A DNA stretch of 32,819 bases, from the NCBI GenBank assembly GCA_005789325.1, contig SXYE01000067.1, positions 1 through 32,819 on the forward strand, read 5' to 3'. Origin of the DNA: Actinomycetota bacterium. Its GTDB lineage: Bacteria; Actinomycetota; Actinomycetes; S36-B12; UBA5976. The position numbers and the translations under genes were made by a program. Under the pieces are notes generated by a model, which was not told the DNA's origin, made no database searches, and saw only the letters and a program-made list of their open reading frames with translations. Position 1 is the stretch's first letter. Each line of letters starts with the position of its first letter. Positions 31,740-32,819 of this stretch are shown here, in pieces.

Positions 31740-32819
31740 CTAGTTACAGACTGCACCTTTAGCAGAAGAGCCAACTAATTTTGCGTACTTTCCTAAAATT
31801 CCAGTGGTATATCTAGGTAAAGCTGGTTTCCAAGTAGCTCTACGTTTTTCCAATTCAGCCTCATCAACGAGTAGATCGAGTCTTCGTGCTTCAAGATCTA
31901 AACGAATCTTGTCGCCAGTTTGAGCCAAAGCAATTGGGCCACCATCTGTTGCTTCAGGAGCAACGTGACCTATACAAAAACCAGCAGTAGCCCCACTAAA
32001 TCTGCCATCAGTTATTAACATGACATCTTTTCCTAAACCTGCACCTTTAATTGCTGCAGTTACAGCCAACATCTCACGCATTCCTGGTCCACCTTTTGGA
32101 CCTTCATAACGAATAACTACAACATCGCCTTTAACAATTTTTCCTTGAGTCACTGCATCCATAGCAAATTTCTCATCATCAAATACTTTTGCAGTTCCTT
32201 CAAATATTGGGAATTCAATAGATGCAGCTTTAATAACTGCACCTTCTGGGGCAAGAGAACCTTTAAGAATTACTAGTCCACCGGTTTTATGTATTGGGTT
32301 ATTTACCGCATGAATAATTTTTCCATCAGGATCTGGTGGATTAATTGTTGCTAAGTTCTCGGCAACAGTTTTCCCTGTAACAGTTAATTCATCACCGTGA
32401 ATTAATCCTGCATCTAACAATGCTTTCATAACTACTGGTACTCCACCAATTTTATCTAAGTCATTCATTACATAGCGACCAAAAGGTTTAACATCGGCTA
32501 AGTGAGGAGTCCTATCGCCAATTCGGTTGTAGTCATCAATAGTTAGATTAACATTTGCTTCATGAGCAATTGCAAGTAAATGAAGAATGGCATTAGTTGA
32601 TCCACCTAAAGCCATAACTATTGTGATTGCGTTTTCAAATGCTTTCTTAGTCATAATGTCTCGAGTGGTAATTCCTAAACGAATTAAATTAACAACAGCT
32701 TCGCCAGCTGCATATGCATCATCATCTCTTCTAGAATCAATTGCAGGAGCAGATGCACTTCCTGGCAATGCCATTCCTAAAGCTTCGGCAACTGAGCTCA
32801 TTGTGTTTGCGGTAAACAT
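31740..32819 (-). CDS. ilvD: Dihydroxy-acid dehydratase, C-terminal part (the gene runs off the right edge of the window)
   Basis: 359 aa of the open frame match the IlvD/Edd family C-terminal two-thirds (e.g. [13 protein letters not shown]). The leading Met in the track is internal. The stop is followed by two more in-frame TAG codons. Confidence 0.93.
   Translation of the reverse strand: MFTANTMSSVAEALGMALPGSASAPAIDSRRDDDAYAAGEAVVNLIRLGITTRDIMTKKAFENAITIVMALGGSTNAILHLLAIAHEANVNLTIDDYNRIGDRTPHLADVKPFGRYVMNDLDKIGGVPVVMKALLDAGLIHGDELTVTGKTVAENLATINPPDPDGKIIHAVNNPIHKTGGLVILKGSLAPEGAVIKAASIEFPIFEGTAKVFDDEKFAMDAVTQGKIVKGDVVVIRYEGPKGGPGMREMLAVTAAIKGAGLGKDVMLITDGRFSGATAGFCIGHVAPEATDGGPIALAQTGDKIRLDLEARRLDLLVDEAELEKRRATWKPALPRYTTGILGKYAKLVGSSAKGAVCN

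Overview
This window is a densely packed, AT-rich stretch of core chromosome. Almost every gene is on the minus strand, spacers are short, and many start/stop codons overlap. The gene order is ftsY-smc-mutM-rnc-rpmF-DUF177-coiled-coil-coaD-rsmD-recG / rpmB / thiL / ddl-gpsA-plsC-hup-leuDC-tRNA-Glu-(lldD-like)-tRNA-Gln-gltX-cimA-ilvE-leuB / leuA / serA-ilvCNB-ilvD. As I recall it, this is the conserved actinobacterial backbone seen in Mycobacterium (around ftsY/smc to ilvB1) and Streptomyces. The low GC and compaction suggest a streamlined freshwater actinobacterium of the acI/Nanopelagicales type, but that is inference only. I found no CRISPR array, transposase, integrase, phage gene, toxin-antitoxin pair or recognisable defence system, and I cannot honestly point to a new multi-gene system here. 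What the ORF track does not explain is mostly RNA-level and small-ORF content. (1) Three tiny leader ORFs sit upstream of ilvB, leuA and cimA, and their consecutive codons (Val-Val-Val, Leu-Leu-Leu, Ile-Ile) match the pathway each one precedes. Each overlaps strong hairpins. Two are followed by a U-tract terminator; the leuA one is not. (2) Two CDSs under 60 aa are missing from the track: rpmF and a 49-aa DUF2256-type zinc-ribbon gene between ilvC and serA. (3) Two tRNAs, Glu-CUC and Gln-CUG, bracket a single FMN-dependent alpha-hydroxy-acid dehydrogenase gene, and leuCD starts only 35 nt after tRNA-Glu. (4) There are several strong inverted repeats. (5) The 10-mer TTCGCTAACT recurs exactly at three stop codons. 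All structural and leader-peptide claims come from reading the sequence by eye and need folding and comparative checks.
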